DNA of 64,000 nucleotides from Verrucomicrobiota bacterium. GTDB taxonomy: Bacteria; Verrucomicrobiota; Kiritimatiellia; UBA8416; JBHORK01. The notes under the pieces are model-generated. The model was given only the letters and a program-made list of their open reading frames with translations, did no database searches and was not told where the DNA came from. A program made the position numbers and the translations under genes. Of this stretch, positions 17,864-27,751 are shown piece by piece (position 1 is the first letter of the stretch; each line of letters starts with the position of its first letter). Location of the stretch: contig JBHORK010000004.1 in NCBI GenBank assembly GCA_042565725.1, positions 2,750 to 66,749 of the forward strand. Reading direction: 5' to 3'.

Positions 17864-19420
17864 CTAATTGGTCGGCGCGGTAATCTTATAAAAGATATTC
17901 GGCCAGCAATTTGAGGCATTAAGATCGATCCACACATTCGTGCCGCTGGCATTGGTGCGAGGGTAATTGGTTATTGGTGTCCATACACCATCCAGCAGAT
18001 TTGTTGCACGGTATATCTGATATGCATTAGTTACGCCGTTTGTACCGCCCAGCCACATTATCTTGACTTCCGCGTTGCTTGTTACGGCCTGTACAAGTGA
18101 GCCGAAATCATTCGCGTCATGCCCGCTGTGCATAATTATTTTGAAAATAGAATTAGAATTGCCCGGATCAGTACCGGCTATATATTCGTCAAGGTTTTGT
18201 GAGTTATCGGTATCCGCATCGCCGCTCGCATCATCCGAGAGCGGATTCAACGAATTGCTAATTTCCCAGCCATCGGGCATCTGGTCAGCGTCGGTGTCGG
18301 CACTTGTATGAACAAATTCATAAGCTCCTATATCCCACGCAATAATACTGTCATCATTTCCATCAAGCGGGCGGGGAACACCATTGAGATCTGTTATAAT
18401 ATTAAGCAGATTAGTTCCTGTATCAATGCAGGGAGAGCCGAGCAGTAAGTGGTAGTTATTTGAGAGTCTCCCGACGAAGGCAGGTGGATTCGTGATGTTA
18501 TCTGGAGATCCCGGGTGTGGCAATGTGCAGCAGTTTGAGAAAACGGTTGATCCAGAGTAGTTATTATCTGTTGCCGCCGTGTTGTAATAGAGAATGGTGT
18601 TAGCAACGAATGATGTTTTTACCCCAGATGTGTAGATGCCACCTCCGGCGTCGTTGCTGGAAGTATTGTCACAGATCGTACAATTCAGTATGTTTCCCCA
18701 ATATGTCCAGATACCACCACCTCTGTCTTTGGAGCTGTTGTGAATGATCAGGCAGTTCTCAATCGTGCCTTCGTAGTTGCAGATTCCTCCACCATTCCAG
18801 TAGGCGTAGTTGTCTCGGATAATGGAGTTCCTTACTGTGCCGGAGTTCTCTATAAATATGCCGCCACCCCGCCGTGAGGTTCCAGTGCCAGCTATCCGGT
18901 TGCTTATGATGAGGCAGTTGTCAACTATACCACCATTCTCGCAGTAGATCCCCCCGCCTCGTCCTAGAGTCTCGTTGCCGGACACGATACAGTTCCTTAC
19001 AGTGCCACCACCGTCACACCAGACTCCTCCCGCTTTTGTATTAGAGAGGGAATCGGCAATGGTTAATCCCTGGATAACGGCATTGGTGTGGCTCAAATAG
19101 AAAGGGCATCCTCCCGTAGGGTTGCCGCGGATTATCGTGCTCTCGGCACCTCCCACACTCCGAATAGTGATATCATTCGTAACCCAGACTCCTATAGTTA
19201 TCGTATATACGCCGTTTGTTACGAGTACGCTGTCGCCGTCTTCAACCACTTGAACAGCGTCATAGATGTCGTTCGCCGCCGTTGCCCAATTAGTGTATGG
19301 CGAGAGTGGCGTGCTATTTGTGGATACGTAGACGGTCTTTGCGGAAGCATGGAGACACAAAAGCAGGGACCCCAAGATGGCAATAAACAGCATCGCACTA
19401 TTATGGCATGCTCTTAGCAT
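17864..19420 (-). CDS. Secreted right-handed beta-helix repeat protein (choice-of-anchor-Q-like) with a PVC-type C-terminal module
   Basis: Signal peptide, repeated N..xGGGI units, GSPCIDTG...DIGAYE segment, then DTDADQMPDGWE...NLDEYIAGTDP and a terminal beta domain. Confidence 0.8.
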   Translation of the reverse strand: MLRACHNSAMLFIAILGSLLLCLHASAKTVYVSTNSTPLSPYTNWATAANDIYDAVQVVEDGDSVLVTNGVYTITIGVWVTNDITIRSVGGAESTIIRGNPTGGCPFYLSHTNAVIQGLTIADSLSNTKAGGVWCDGGGTVRNCIVSGNETLGRGGGIYCENGGIVDNCLIISNRIAGTGTSRRGGGIFIENSGTVRNSIIRDNYAYWNGGGICNYEGTIENCLIIHNSSKDRGGGIWTYWGNILNCTICDNTSSNDAGGGIYTSGVKTSFVANTILYYNTAATDNNYSGSTVFSNCCTLPHPGSPDNITNPPAFVGRLSNNYHLLLGSPCIDTGTNLLNIITDLNGVPRPLDGNDDSIIAWDIGAYEFVHTSADTDADQMPDGWEISNSLNPLSDDASGDADTDNSQNLDEYIAGTDPGNSNSIFKIIMHSGHDANDFGSLVQAVTSNAEVKIMWLGGTNGVTNAYQIYRATNLLDGVWTPITNYPRTNASGTNVWIDLNASNCWPNIFYKITAPTN

Positions 19421-19717
19421 CTATCACTCTCCATGTCGAACTAGTTAGTGAGTCGCAGACGGAGTCCGCATATCTATAATTATTGAAAATCTCATAACGA
19501 GTCAACTGTACTGCCAACACTACCTTTAAACAAGGAAGACTATTTATTATTGAGAATGGTAGAATGAGGCCGGGAAGTGCATAAATGAGAACTTTGGGAC
19601 AGTCAATGTGTTACTTGGAGCAATATAACACATTAGATCTCACTAAATGGAATCTGCCTGTTTTTGTGTTTTTTGCGCTTTTTGTGGTTTGATTCCTAGG
19701 TTTGTGCAATGATCGGG

Positions 19718-20923
19718 TTAGATGAGTGCAGTTACGGAATCTACAATGGACTGCAGCCATGTTGTCCCTGATTGTTTTGCGTCAGGATCAAGAGCCTTAA
19801 TCGCTTCTATGTAAGACATGTTACTGTTAAGTTTGTTCAGGAAGGTGTCTTGGGCTTTAATGTCTGCATTTGTCGCGTTGTCTGTCTCCAGCCTGGATTC
19901 GAGTTCCGGCCATTTCTCGATAAAAGCCTGCTGTTCCGTGTATGGAGAAACTGAAAGATCGGCACCTGATTTTGAGCGGATAAATTCGAGTGACTTTTCC
20001 AGGTTGTTTTTCAGTTGAGAGAGTCTTTTGACGCGTTCTTTTATCATAAGTTTTATTTGATTCACGGCACCTTCGGCACAGGCTTTCAGGTATGGGGTTT
20101 TTGTCATAAATTGCGATCTTACGCTGGTGTGCCATTGCAGTAACGCGTGAAGGTTGCCGATATAAACGAAATTATTAATCAGTATGCGGTGTATATTTCC
20201 GTGTATTGAGGAGTTATATGGATGCTGGCTGTGTTTTCTGGCGGGACGATCATGCACAAGACATCCTTCTTCGCAAACATCTTTCCTGAGAATTGTTCCT
20301 GCGGCGACTATGGTTCCGTAAGCTACGCGGCATGGTCCTACCAGGCCGCCCTGACCGCCCAGAAAGATGGGTTTTTCTTTCATCATTACTCCGCGCGGAA
20401 CATCGCCTATAAGTGATGGAGTAGCTTTGTCCTGATGTGGGGTGTAGTTGAAATGAATATATGAAGAACCTACCTCGCTGTGGTTTTTTTTGTCGGTTCC
20501 GCCTGACATAAGGCAATCGCAGAAGTTTATCAGGCTGCCGAGCGTTACGAATGGCAGAAGGACTGTTTGTTTCAGCCCGACGGTGTGGGCGCATGATGCC
20601 TGTTCTTCCAGAAGGGTGCCGGGTCTGACATGAGCGCCTGAACATAATTCTGCCCCGGACATAAATGTAGCGCCGGAAAAGAAGCCGCCTTTAAGTTTTA
20701 CGTTTTCTGCGAGTTGACAATCTTTGATAGTTGCGGGGGCTTCTTCGCCAAGAATACAGGATGGGCCGATAGATGTTTTTTCGCCTGAAATTCGACAGCC
20801 GGGATAGATTGTTATATCAGGGGAGATGAGGTCTAGATTAACGGATGGATCAATGAAAACAGAGTTGGGGTCAAGAATCGTAGTCCCCTGATCTATTAAT
20901 GTTTTTATTTTTATGTTTTGCAT
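19718..20923 (-). CDS. GlmU-related left-handed beta-helix acetyltransferase lacking the uridylyltransferase domain
   Basis: Starts with the GlmU linker-like LIDQGTTILDPNSVFID, then hexapeptide repeats (GAHVRPGTLL, LGSLINFCD); no GGxGTR NTP-transferase motif; directly downstream of glmS. Confidence 0.7.
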   Translation of the reverse strand: MQNIKIKTLIDQGTTILDPNSVFIDPSVNLDLISPDITIYPGCRISGEKTSIGPSCILGEEAPATIKDCQLAENVKLKGGFFSGATFMSGAELCSGAHVRPGTLLEEQASCAHTVGLKQTVLLPFVTLGSLINFCDCLMSGGTDKKNHSEVGSSYIHFNYTPHQDKATPSLIGDVPRGVMMKEKPIFLGGQGGLVGPCRVAYGTIVAAGTILRKDVCEEGCLVHDRPARKHSQHPYNSSIHGNIHRILINNFVYIGNLHALLQWHTSVRSQFMTKTPYLKACAEGAVNQIKLMIKERVKRLSQLKNNLEKSLEFIRSKSGADLSVSPYTEQQAFIEKWPELESRLETDNATNADIKAQDTFLNKLNSNMSYIEAIKALDPDAKQSGTTWLQSIVDSVTALI

Positions 20924-21050
20924 TAACTAGAGCCTGTCCGAAAAGGTGTTTTCAGTCTGGGGAGTTTCGATATCCAATAACCAACAAGGAATATCCAACC
21001 GAACATCGGAATTGAGGACAATGTAAAATGATGCAACATTTCTTCTCTTT

Positions 21051-21095
21051 ATCTGTTTTAATCTGTTTTATCTAGTCCGCCTCGGACGGGTGGGC
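21051..21095 (-). repeat. Dispersed 3'-UTR element (copy 1, after glmS)
   Basis: ATCTGTTTTAATCTGTTTTATCTAGTCC-GCCTC-GGACGGGTGGGC; near-identical to 44592-44640 apart from the hairpin core. Confidence 0.85.
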
Positions 21096-21112
21096 AAATT
21101 CTTCTCTATCTT

Positions 21113-22960
21113 TCATTCTACTGTTACCGACTTTGCAAGATTTCTCGGCTGATCTATTGAGCAGCCTCTGATTTTTGCGACATGATACGCGAATAATTGG
21201 GTGGCTATTACAACGGGGATAGGAGTAAGGTATTCAGAGCATGCCGGTACTCGTATAATATCATCGGCATGCCCTTTGATTCCTTTATCATTCTCGGTGG
21301 CTATAGCTATCACAGGTGATTTTCGCGCGCGGCATTCCTGCATGTTACCGATGGTTTTACTTTTGCCGGTAATATCAGGAACGCAGACTACGACTGGAAC
21401 ATTTTCTTCGAGTAAGGCAATTGGGCCGTGTTTCAATTCTGCGGCGTGATAACCTTCAGCGTGAGCATATGATATTTCCTTGAGTTTGAGTGCTCCTTCC
21501 AGAGCTGCAGGATACATATAGCCGCGTCCGATATAAAAAAAGTTGTTTGCCTTAGCGTACTTCTTCGCGATCTTTTTGATCTCAGATTCCTGACCCAAAA
21601 CACTTTGAACAATTTCTGGCAGTCTCGAAATTTCTCTGATCAACTCGCGGCCAAGGCTTGCTGACATGTGACGGGTTCTTGAAAAAGTAATGGCCATCAT
21701 GGCCAGAACGGTTACCTGACAGGTAAATGCTTTGGTCGAAGCAACTCCGATTTCAGGACCCGCGTGAATATAAACACCGCGTCCTGTTTCACGGGCGATT
21801 GTTGAACCTACCACGTTGCAGATTCCGAGTGTCATGGCGCCTTTGCGTTTGGCTTCTCTGACCGCGGTAAGCGTGTCCGCTGTTTCGCCTGACTGGCTGA
21901 TGGCAAGCATGCAGGTGTCTTTCAGAATAATCGGATCTCGATCGCGGAATTCAGCGGACTGCTGTATTTCTGTGGGTATATGAGCAAAATCCTCGAAATA
22001 GTATTTGCCTACCATGCCGGCATGATAGGAGGTTCCACATGCGGCTATGGCAATTCGTTCTATTCTTGCCATTTGATAAGGATCCATCTGCATTCCGCTT
22101 AATTTTGCAGTTCCTTCACTTTCCAGGAGTCGGCCACGACTGGCATTAGCAATAGCATTTGGTTGTTCATTAATTTCTTTCAGCATAAAATGTTCATAAC
22201 CACCTTTTTCGATTTCGCCAATATCCCAGTCGATGTGTGTCATTTCGCGGGAGACGGGAACATTCTTTAATGAGGTGATATCAACGTTTTCGGAAGTAGC
22301 GGTAAGAATGTCTCCATCATCAAGAAACACAACTTGTTTTGTGTGGCTTACAAGTGCACTTATGTCGGAAGCGATAATTGTTTCTTTGTCACAGATGCCT
22401 ATGGCGATAGGGCTGCCTTTTCTGGCGGCAACAATTGTATCGGGCTGTTTGCTTGAAATTACTGCTATGCCGTATGTGCCTTCAAGTTTTTCCAATGAAG
22501 CGGCGACCGCGCCGCGTAGATCATCTTCATAACATTCTTCAATAAGGTTTGCTATGACTTCGGAATCTGTGTCGCTTTTGAATTCATAACCTTGTTTAAT
22601 GAGTTTTGTTTTGAGGTCTGCATAATTCTCTATGATGCCGTTGTGGACGATCGCGAATTCACCGTTTCGGCTTAAATGTGGGTGTGCGTTTGCCTGGTTT
22701 GGTTCGCCGTGTGTTGCCCAGCGTGTGTGACCGATTCCGAGTGAAGGTTTAAATGATTTGTCTTTGAGGACTGTTTTTCTTAAGACATTTTCGAGGTTAG
22801 ATATTTTTCCTTCGGCCTTGACTACGGTTATTTTGTCTGGCTGATCCGGGCACAGCGCGATGCCGGCAGAATCGTAACCGCGGTATTCAAGTCTATGCAG
22901 GCCGGAAATAATAATATTCGCTGTGTCTCTTGGGCCGATGTATCCTACTATTCCGCACAT
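21113..22960 (-). CDS. glmS: Glutamine-fructose-6-phosphate transaminase (isomerizing)
   Basis: MCGIVG N-terminal nucleophile, LEYRGYDSAG, GHTRWATHG, SQSGETAD and C-terminal PRNLAKSVTVE. Confidence 0.98.
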   Translation of the reverse strand: MCGIVGYIGPRDTANIIISGLHRLEYRGYDSAGIALCPDQPDKITVVKAEGKISNLENVLRKTVLKDKSFKPSLGIGHTRWATHGEPNQANAHPHLSRNGEFAIVHNGIIENYADLKTKLIKQGYEFKSDTDSEVIANLIEECYEDDLRGAVAASLEKLEGTYGIAVISSKQPDTIVAARKGSPIAIGICDKETIIASDISALVSHTKQVVFLDDGDILTATSENVDITSLKNVPVSREMTHIDWDIGEIEKGGYEHFMLKEINEQPNAIANASRGRLLESEGTAKLSGMQMDPYQMARIERIAIAACGTSYHAGMVGKYYFEDFAHIPTEIQQSAEFRDRDPIILKDTCMLAISQSGETADTLTAVREAKRKGAMTLGICNVVGSTIARETGRGVYIHAGPEIGVASTKAFTCQVTVLAMMAITFSRTRHMSASLGRELIREISRLPEIVQSVLGQESEIKKIAKKYAKANNFFYIGRGYMYPAALEGALKLKEISYAHAEGYHAAELKHGPIALLEENVPVVVCVPDITGKSKTIGNMQECRARKSPVIAIATENDKGIKGHADDIIRVPACSEYLTPIPVVIATQLFAYHVAKIRGCSIDQPRNLAKSVTVE

Positions 22961-23282
22961 ATATTAAAGTCTTTCTTTCCTTGTTAGTTGAACCTCCGTG
23001 TTTCTACCTTATTACGTGTGATAAAACAACAAAGAAGAGAAAAAAGAAGAATTTCCAATTCCGCCTTGGCGAAACAAAGAATATCCCGCGTGAGAGGCCA
23101 CGTTGCCGCGGCCAACACGGCTTACTGTGGCAATGATGAAGTTAAAGAACTGCATTTTTTGCGTTTACAGAACTCTTAAGCTTGTTTACTTTATTACTTG
23201 ACGGTTACGGTGTTAATGCCGCAAAGTACGCCGAGAACGTTGAGTTATTTCTGGTTTTGAGTTTGAAGCAGGATAGATACTG

Positions 23283-24302
23283 ATGTGGAACAATTTTTTA
23301 AGCCTTTTCTCAAATGATATCGGCATTGATTTAGGTACTGCTAATACTCTGGTTTATGTAAAGGATCGGGGGATAGTTCTCCGGGAACCGTCGGTAGTGG
23401 CTATTCAGTCAGGGACAAAACGTATTCTTGCTGTTGGTGATGAAGCTAAGCGTATGCTTGGCAGGACCCCCGGAAATATTGTGGCCATTCGGCCGATGAA
23501 GGCTGGCGTTATTGCTGATTTTGAGATTACCGAAGCAATGCTCAGGTATTTCATTAAGAAGATTCATAATCGCCGCAAGATGGTTCGTCCCAGGATTATT
23601 ATTGCGGTGCCAAGTGACATTACCGAAGTAGAGAAACGAGCAGTAAAAGATTCCGCGACTCACGCAGGAGCGAGAGAGGTTTATTTAATTGAAGAACCTA
23701 TGGCGGCGGCTATTGGTGTGGGTCTTCCAGTTCAGGAACCTGCCGGGAATATGATTGTTGATATAGGAGGAGGAACAACAGAAGTAGCTTTAATATCATT
23801 AGCGGGTATTGTTTTCAGTCGGACCGTTCGTGTGGGCGGTGACGAAATGGATGAATGTATTATTCAGTACATGAAGCGAGTGTACAATTTAATGATTGGA
23901 GAACGAACATCGGAGGAGATAAAGATTTCAATGGGGTCGGCTTATTCTGTCGCGGAAGAGACAAGCGCAGAAATCAAAGGACGTGATCTTGTCGCTGGGC
24001 TTCCTAAGACACTTACAATAACTTCTGAAGAGATTCGCGAAGCTCTTCAGGAGCCGGTATCTTCGATTATCGATGCTATCAGGGTTACGCTGGAGCGTTG
24101 TCCGCCGGAGCTATCGGCTGATCTTGTGGACCGGGGTATGATTCTGGCCGGCGGCGGAGCTTTGTTGACAGGTATAGACAAGCTCATAGCCGAACAGACC
24201 GGTTTGCCGGTTCATCTGGCAGATGATCCTCTCAGCGCGGTTGCAGAAGGTACCGGTGTGGTGCTGAATGAGCTGAATTTCCTTCGTAAAACGCGTCTAT
24301 AG
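23283..24302 (+). CDS. mreB: Rod shape-determining protein MreB
   Basis: IGIDLGTANT, IEEPMAAAIG, VDIGGGTTE and LAGGGALL actin-fold motifs. Confidence 0.98.
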   Translation: MWNNFLSLFSNDIGIDLGTANTLVYVKDRGIVLREPSVVAIQSGTKRILAVGDEAKRMLGRTPGNIVAIRPMKAGVIADFEITEAMLRYFIKKIHNRRKMVRPRIIIAVPSDITEVEKRAVKDSATHAGAREVYLIEEPMAAAIGVGLPVQEPAGNMIVDIGGGTTEVALISLAGIVFSRTVRVGGDEMDECIIQYMKRVYNLMIGERTSEEIKISMGSAYSVAEETSAEIKGRDLVAGLPKTLTITSEEIREALQEPVSSIIDAIRVTLERCPPELSADLVDRGMILAGGGALLTGIDKLIAEQTGLPVHLADDPLSAVAEGTGVVLNELNFLRKTRL

Positions 24303-24376
24303 CGTATCTCATCTAATCATCCTACTCGCTTCTTGTACTACTATTGTTGTATTTGATTTTTTGTACAGGAAAGACC

Positions 24377-25207
24377 ATGAAAGAGAAAAAATACGTATTC
24401 TTAATTGTTCTTCTGGGAGTAGTGATTCTGCTTAATCTACCGCCCCCCGTATCCTGGCGTGTAAAGTCAGGAACTCGGGATAATATGGTGCCATTTCAGA
24501 ATGTGATGATGCTCATTATCAATAAGGCTCGGGACGGGGTATTGTTTGTAAAGAAAGCTAGAACTGTTCTTGATAACGAAGCAAAGGTGATGGAGGAACT
24601 TGTGATGCTGCGTGAAAAAGAACGCAGCATGAAAGAATTAAAACGGGAGAATGAAGATCTAAGGAAACAAATTGGATTCTCAAAACGTTCGAAACATAAA
24701 TTAGTATGCTGCGAAGTGGCTACTCGCGGCGACATAAGCGGTTGGTGGCATACGATTACGCTGAACAAGGGTACGGATGAAGGGGTTAAGCGTAATATGG
24801 CAGTGATTACAACCAAGGGTTTAATCGGGAAAACAATAGGTGTGTCAAAGCACACTGCTGATGTTTTGTTAATTACGGATCCAAATTGTAGGGTGGCGTG
24901 CAAATTTTCTCGAACGGGTTCGTTTGGTATTCTCTGTGGCGCTGGAGTTTCTGCAAAGGGCAAGTCAGCGTTGGAGATGCTTGCTTCAGTTAAACCATGT
25001 AAAATGAGTTATATGTCTAAAGACGATGAGATATGGGGGTATGACGAAGTGGTTACATCGGGTCTGGGTGGTATTTTCCCGGAGGGACTTTTGGTAGGGA
25101 ATGTTACCGGATCAAGTGTTGATTCTGCCGGTCTGTATCAACGAGCTGATATTCTGCCTGCGGCAGAGTTGGGTGCTTTGAAATATGTTTTTGTGGTAGT
25201 TGAGTAG
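24377..25207 (+). CDS. mreC: Rod shape-determining protein MreC
   Basis: TM anchor, coiled coil (LKRENEDLRKQIGF), TLNKG..GVKRNMAV and VVTSGLGGIFPEGL. Likely start ATG 24377. Confidence 0.93.
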   Translation: MKEKKYVFLIVLLGVVILLNLPPPVSWRVKSGTRDNMVPFQNVMMLIINKARDGVLFVKKARTVLDNEAKVMEELVMLREKERSMKELKRENEDLRKQIGFSKRSKHKLVCCEVATRGDISGWWHTITLNKGTDEGVKRNMAVITTKGLIGKTIGVSKHTADVLLITDPNCRVACKFSRTGSFGILCGAGVSAKGKSALEMLASVKPCKMSYMSKDDEIWGYDEVVTSGLGGIFPEGLLVGNVTGSSVDSAGLYQRADILPAAELGALKYVFVVVE

Positions 25208-25332
25208 CTACGGGATGCACCTTTTGTTTGGCTGGAGTTCGCGGACTCACTAGGCCTGCACAAGAGGCACATCCCTCCGCTTGGTGGTTACAGGAAGGAT
25301 GAAAAAGTTTTTTGTTTATTGTGGAGTAAATA

Positions 25333-25399
25333 TGAAATCCGAAATTCTAAATTCAAAATTGGGCATTAACATCTGTGTGTTATTCTTTCCAATTTCCAG
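25333..25399. repeat. Paired heptamer arrays (AAATCCG/AAATTCT and TTTCCAA/TTTCCAG)
   Basis: GAAATCCGAAATTCTAAATTC ... TTTCCAATTTCCAGTTTCCAATTTCCAGTTTC between mreC and mreD. Confidence 0.7.
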
Positions 25400-25435
25400 T
25401 TTCCAATTTCCAGTTTCAGGCCGGGAGGCCTAAAT

Positions 25436-25954
25436 ATGACTTGGATTGTTATGGTGTTTGTTTTGCTGTGTGCTGCCGTTATACAAGCACTATTGCCGGG
25501 TTGTGCTTTTCTGGGGCACGCTAAGTTTCCGCTGTTGCTAATGGTTGTTCTTTATTATGCGCTTAATCGAGAAGTCTATGTCATGCTTATTGCGGGTTTT
25601 ATGGCCGGTTTTATTCACGACTCTTTTAGTCTCATGCCTCTGGGATATTCGTCAGCTTGTTTTTGCATTATTGGTTTTGTCGCCGGATGTTTCCGGAAAC
25701 TGATAATGGCTGATTCATTTATAGCTCCTGTTTTTTTTGGCGCTCTTGCAGGCGTTCTCGCTACGATTGGTTTCTACGCGCTGTTGGCAATGGGTAGTTT
25801 TATTGTTTCTTCCGCAGGACTGGTTGTTATGAAAACGATAGGCACAGGGATTTTGGGGATGGTATGTGCGCCGATAGTATTTTATGTCATAGGACGGTTT
25901 GACCGGCTGGTGGGTAATGTTTACGTGGGGGAGAGTATAGATGGTGTTGAATGA
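25436..25954 (+). CDS. mreD: Rod shape-determining protein MreD
   Basis: 172-aa multi-TM protein with GFIHDSFS...LG motif, located between mreC and the PBP2 gene. Confidence 0.85.
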   Translation: MTWIVMVFVLLCAAVIQALLPGCAFLGHAKFPLLLMVVLYYALNREVYVMLIAGFMAGFIHDSFSLMPLGYSSACFCIIGFVAGCFRKLIMADSFIAPVFFGALAGVLATIGFYALLAMGSFIVSSAGLVVMKTIGTGILGMVCAPIVFYVIGRFDRLVGNVYVGESIDGVE

Positions 25955-27734
25955 CATGCATGGCAGAGATCTTATGCGCATTCGCATAGCCCTGTTTATG
26001 ATGATAGGGGCTTTTGTGTTTTTGATAACGGCATTATGGAAGATCCAGATTGTCAATGCCGGCCGCTATGAGGTGAGCTTGGATAAGCAAAGTATAAGAC
26101 GGGTACGCTTGCCGGGAGTACGAGGAAGAATTCTTGATAGAAATGGCGTGTGTTTAGCTGATAACAGGCCGAGTTACTGTATTGCAATCTTCATGGATGA
26201 AATCAGGCAATTGGTGAAAGGTGAGAATACTACTGATAAAGTTGAGAAAGTTATTACCGAGCTGAGCGAGGTTCTTAATATAGAAAGACAGGTTACGCGT
26301 AAGAATATAGCTACACACATTAGAAGGCGTTTGCCTTTGCAGTTTCTCGCGTGGCGCGATGTTGATGAGACTGTGCTGGCAAGATGGGCAGAGAGTAAAG
26401 ATTTTCCCGGGGTGGATGTACATGTTGAGCCTGTTAGAGTTTATCCACAAGGCGCTTTGGCGGCGCATATTCTGGGCTATGTGGGAAAGGCCGAGCTCAA
26501 GCAGGATCAGGAGGAGCCGTATCATTATTATATACCTGAGATGGAAGGAAAACGAGGTATAGAGGCGGTAATGAATAATTTGTTATGTGGAGTACCAGGC
26601 GGGCGGATGATACGCGTGGATGCATCGGGTTTTAAGCGGGAGAAATGGAGAAAGAAAGATCCCCGGCCGGGTATGGATATAGTATTGACAATTGACTCTC
26701 GTATCCAACGACTGGCCGAGCGGTCTATTATGGGTAAACGGGGTGCGGTTGTGGTATTGGACCCAAGAAATGGAGATGTGCTTGCGATGGCGAGTTCGCC
26801 GTCATTTGATGCTAATAACATCAGCACGGATTGGAGAAAGTGGAGTCTTGATAAAGACAGGCCGCTCATCAATAGAGTTGTTTCAGGGATTTATCCGCCG
26901 GGGAGTACTTTTAAGCCGATTGTAGCTATTACGGCACTGGTTAACGGCAGAGCAACAGAGCATACTGAATATAGTTGTCCTGGTTATTATGATCTTGGGG
27001 GTGTTCGTTTCCGTTGTTGGAGGAAAAGCGGACATGGTCGGATTGCGATGCGTAAATCATTGGAGCAGTCATGCAACGTATATTACTGCCAGCTGGGATT
27101 AAGATGCGGACATGAACGAATTATTCACATGGCTGATTCTATAGGATTTGGGAGAAAGACAGGTATTGATTTGATGAGCGAATCTTCCGGGATTCTGCCA
27201 AATAATGAATGGAAAGTTCAGCTTTATAATGATGCGTGGCGTAAGGGAGATACATGTAATATGTCAATTGGTCAGGGAGCTTTGAGTGTTACGCCGTTAC
27301 AGATGGCGGTGTTGACGGCGGCTTTAGCAAATGGAGGCTACGTGTATCGCCCCAGACTTCTTTTAGATTATCATAGAGAAGAAGGGGTGTTGATGAACAA
27401 ACTGGCGTGGCCGGCTGATAAATTGAAGATAGTAACAGGCGGAATGCACGATGTTATTCAGTCTGACAGAGGAACGGGTAAGCGTGCCCGTATTGCGGAT
27501 GTGGAGATGGCTGGGAAGACCGGTACTGCGGAATATGGTCTCAAAACGCAGGGGAAGAAACATGCATGGATGATAGTTTTTGCTCCTTTTAAACGTCCGC
27601 GGTATGCAGTGGCAATGGTGATAGAGGATGCTGTTTCTGGAGGTTCAACAGCGGCACCACGCATAAAAGAACTGATGAAAGGCATATTTGAGGAAGTAGA
27701 GAGTAATGAAGAGAGAGTAGCAAGTAGAGAATAG
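25941..27734 (+). CDS. mrdA: Penicillin-binding protein 2
   Basis: RGRILDRNG dimerisation domain, YPPGSTFK (SxxK), SCNVY (SxN) and AGKTGTAE (KTG). Confidence 0.96.
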   Translation: MVLNDMHGRDLMRIRIALFMMIGAFVFLITALWKIQIVNAGRYEVSLDKQSIRRVRLPGVRGRILDRNGVCLADNRPSYCIAIFMDEIRQLVKGENTTDKVEKVITELSEVLNIERQVTRKNIATHIRRRLPLQFLAWRDVDETVLARWAESKDFPGVDVHVEPVRVYPQGALAAHILGYVGKAELKQDQEEPYHYYIPEMEGKRGIEAVMNNLLCGVPGGRMIRVDASGFKREKWRKKDPRPGMDIVLTIDSRIQRLAERSIMGKRGAVVVLDPRNGDVLAMASSPSFDANNISTDWRKWSLDKDRPLINRVVSGIYPPGSTFKPIVAITALVNGRATEHTEYSCPGYYDLGGVRFRCWRKSGHGRIAMRKSLEQSCNVYYCQLGLRCGHERIIHMADSIGFGRKTGIDLMSESSGILPNNEWKVQLYNDAWRKGDTCNMSIGQGALSVTPLQMAVLTAALANGGYVYRPRLLLDYHREEGVLMNKLAWPADKLKIVTGGMHDVIQSDRGTGKRARIADVEMAGKTGTAEYGLKTQGKKHAWMIVFAPFKRPRYAVAMVIEDAVSGGSTAAPRIKELMKGIFEEVESNEERVASRE

Positions 27735-27751
27735 CAAGTAGAGAGTGTAAG

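Noticed and set aside
17864-19420. Enrichment of N-x-S/T sequons as proof of N-glycosylation
   Set aside because: About nine sequons is roughly what the high Asn/Ser/Thr content would give by chance; only the TN bias was kept as a tentative finding.
22961-23282. glmS ribozyme upstream of glmS
   Set aside because: The conserved core (AGCGC...GACGAGG) is not present on the glmS strand.
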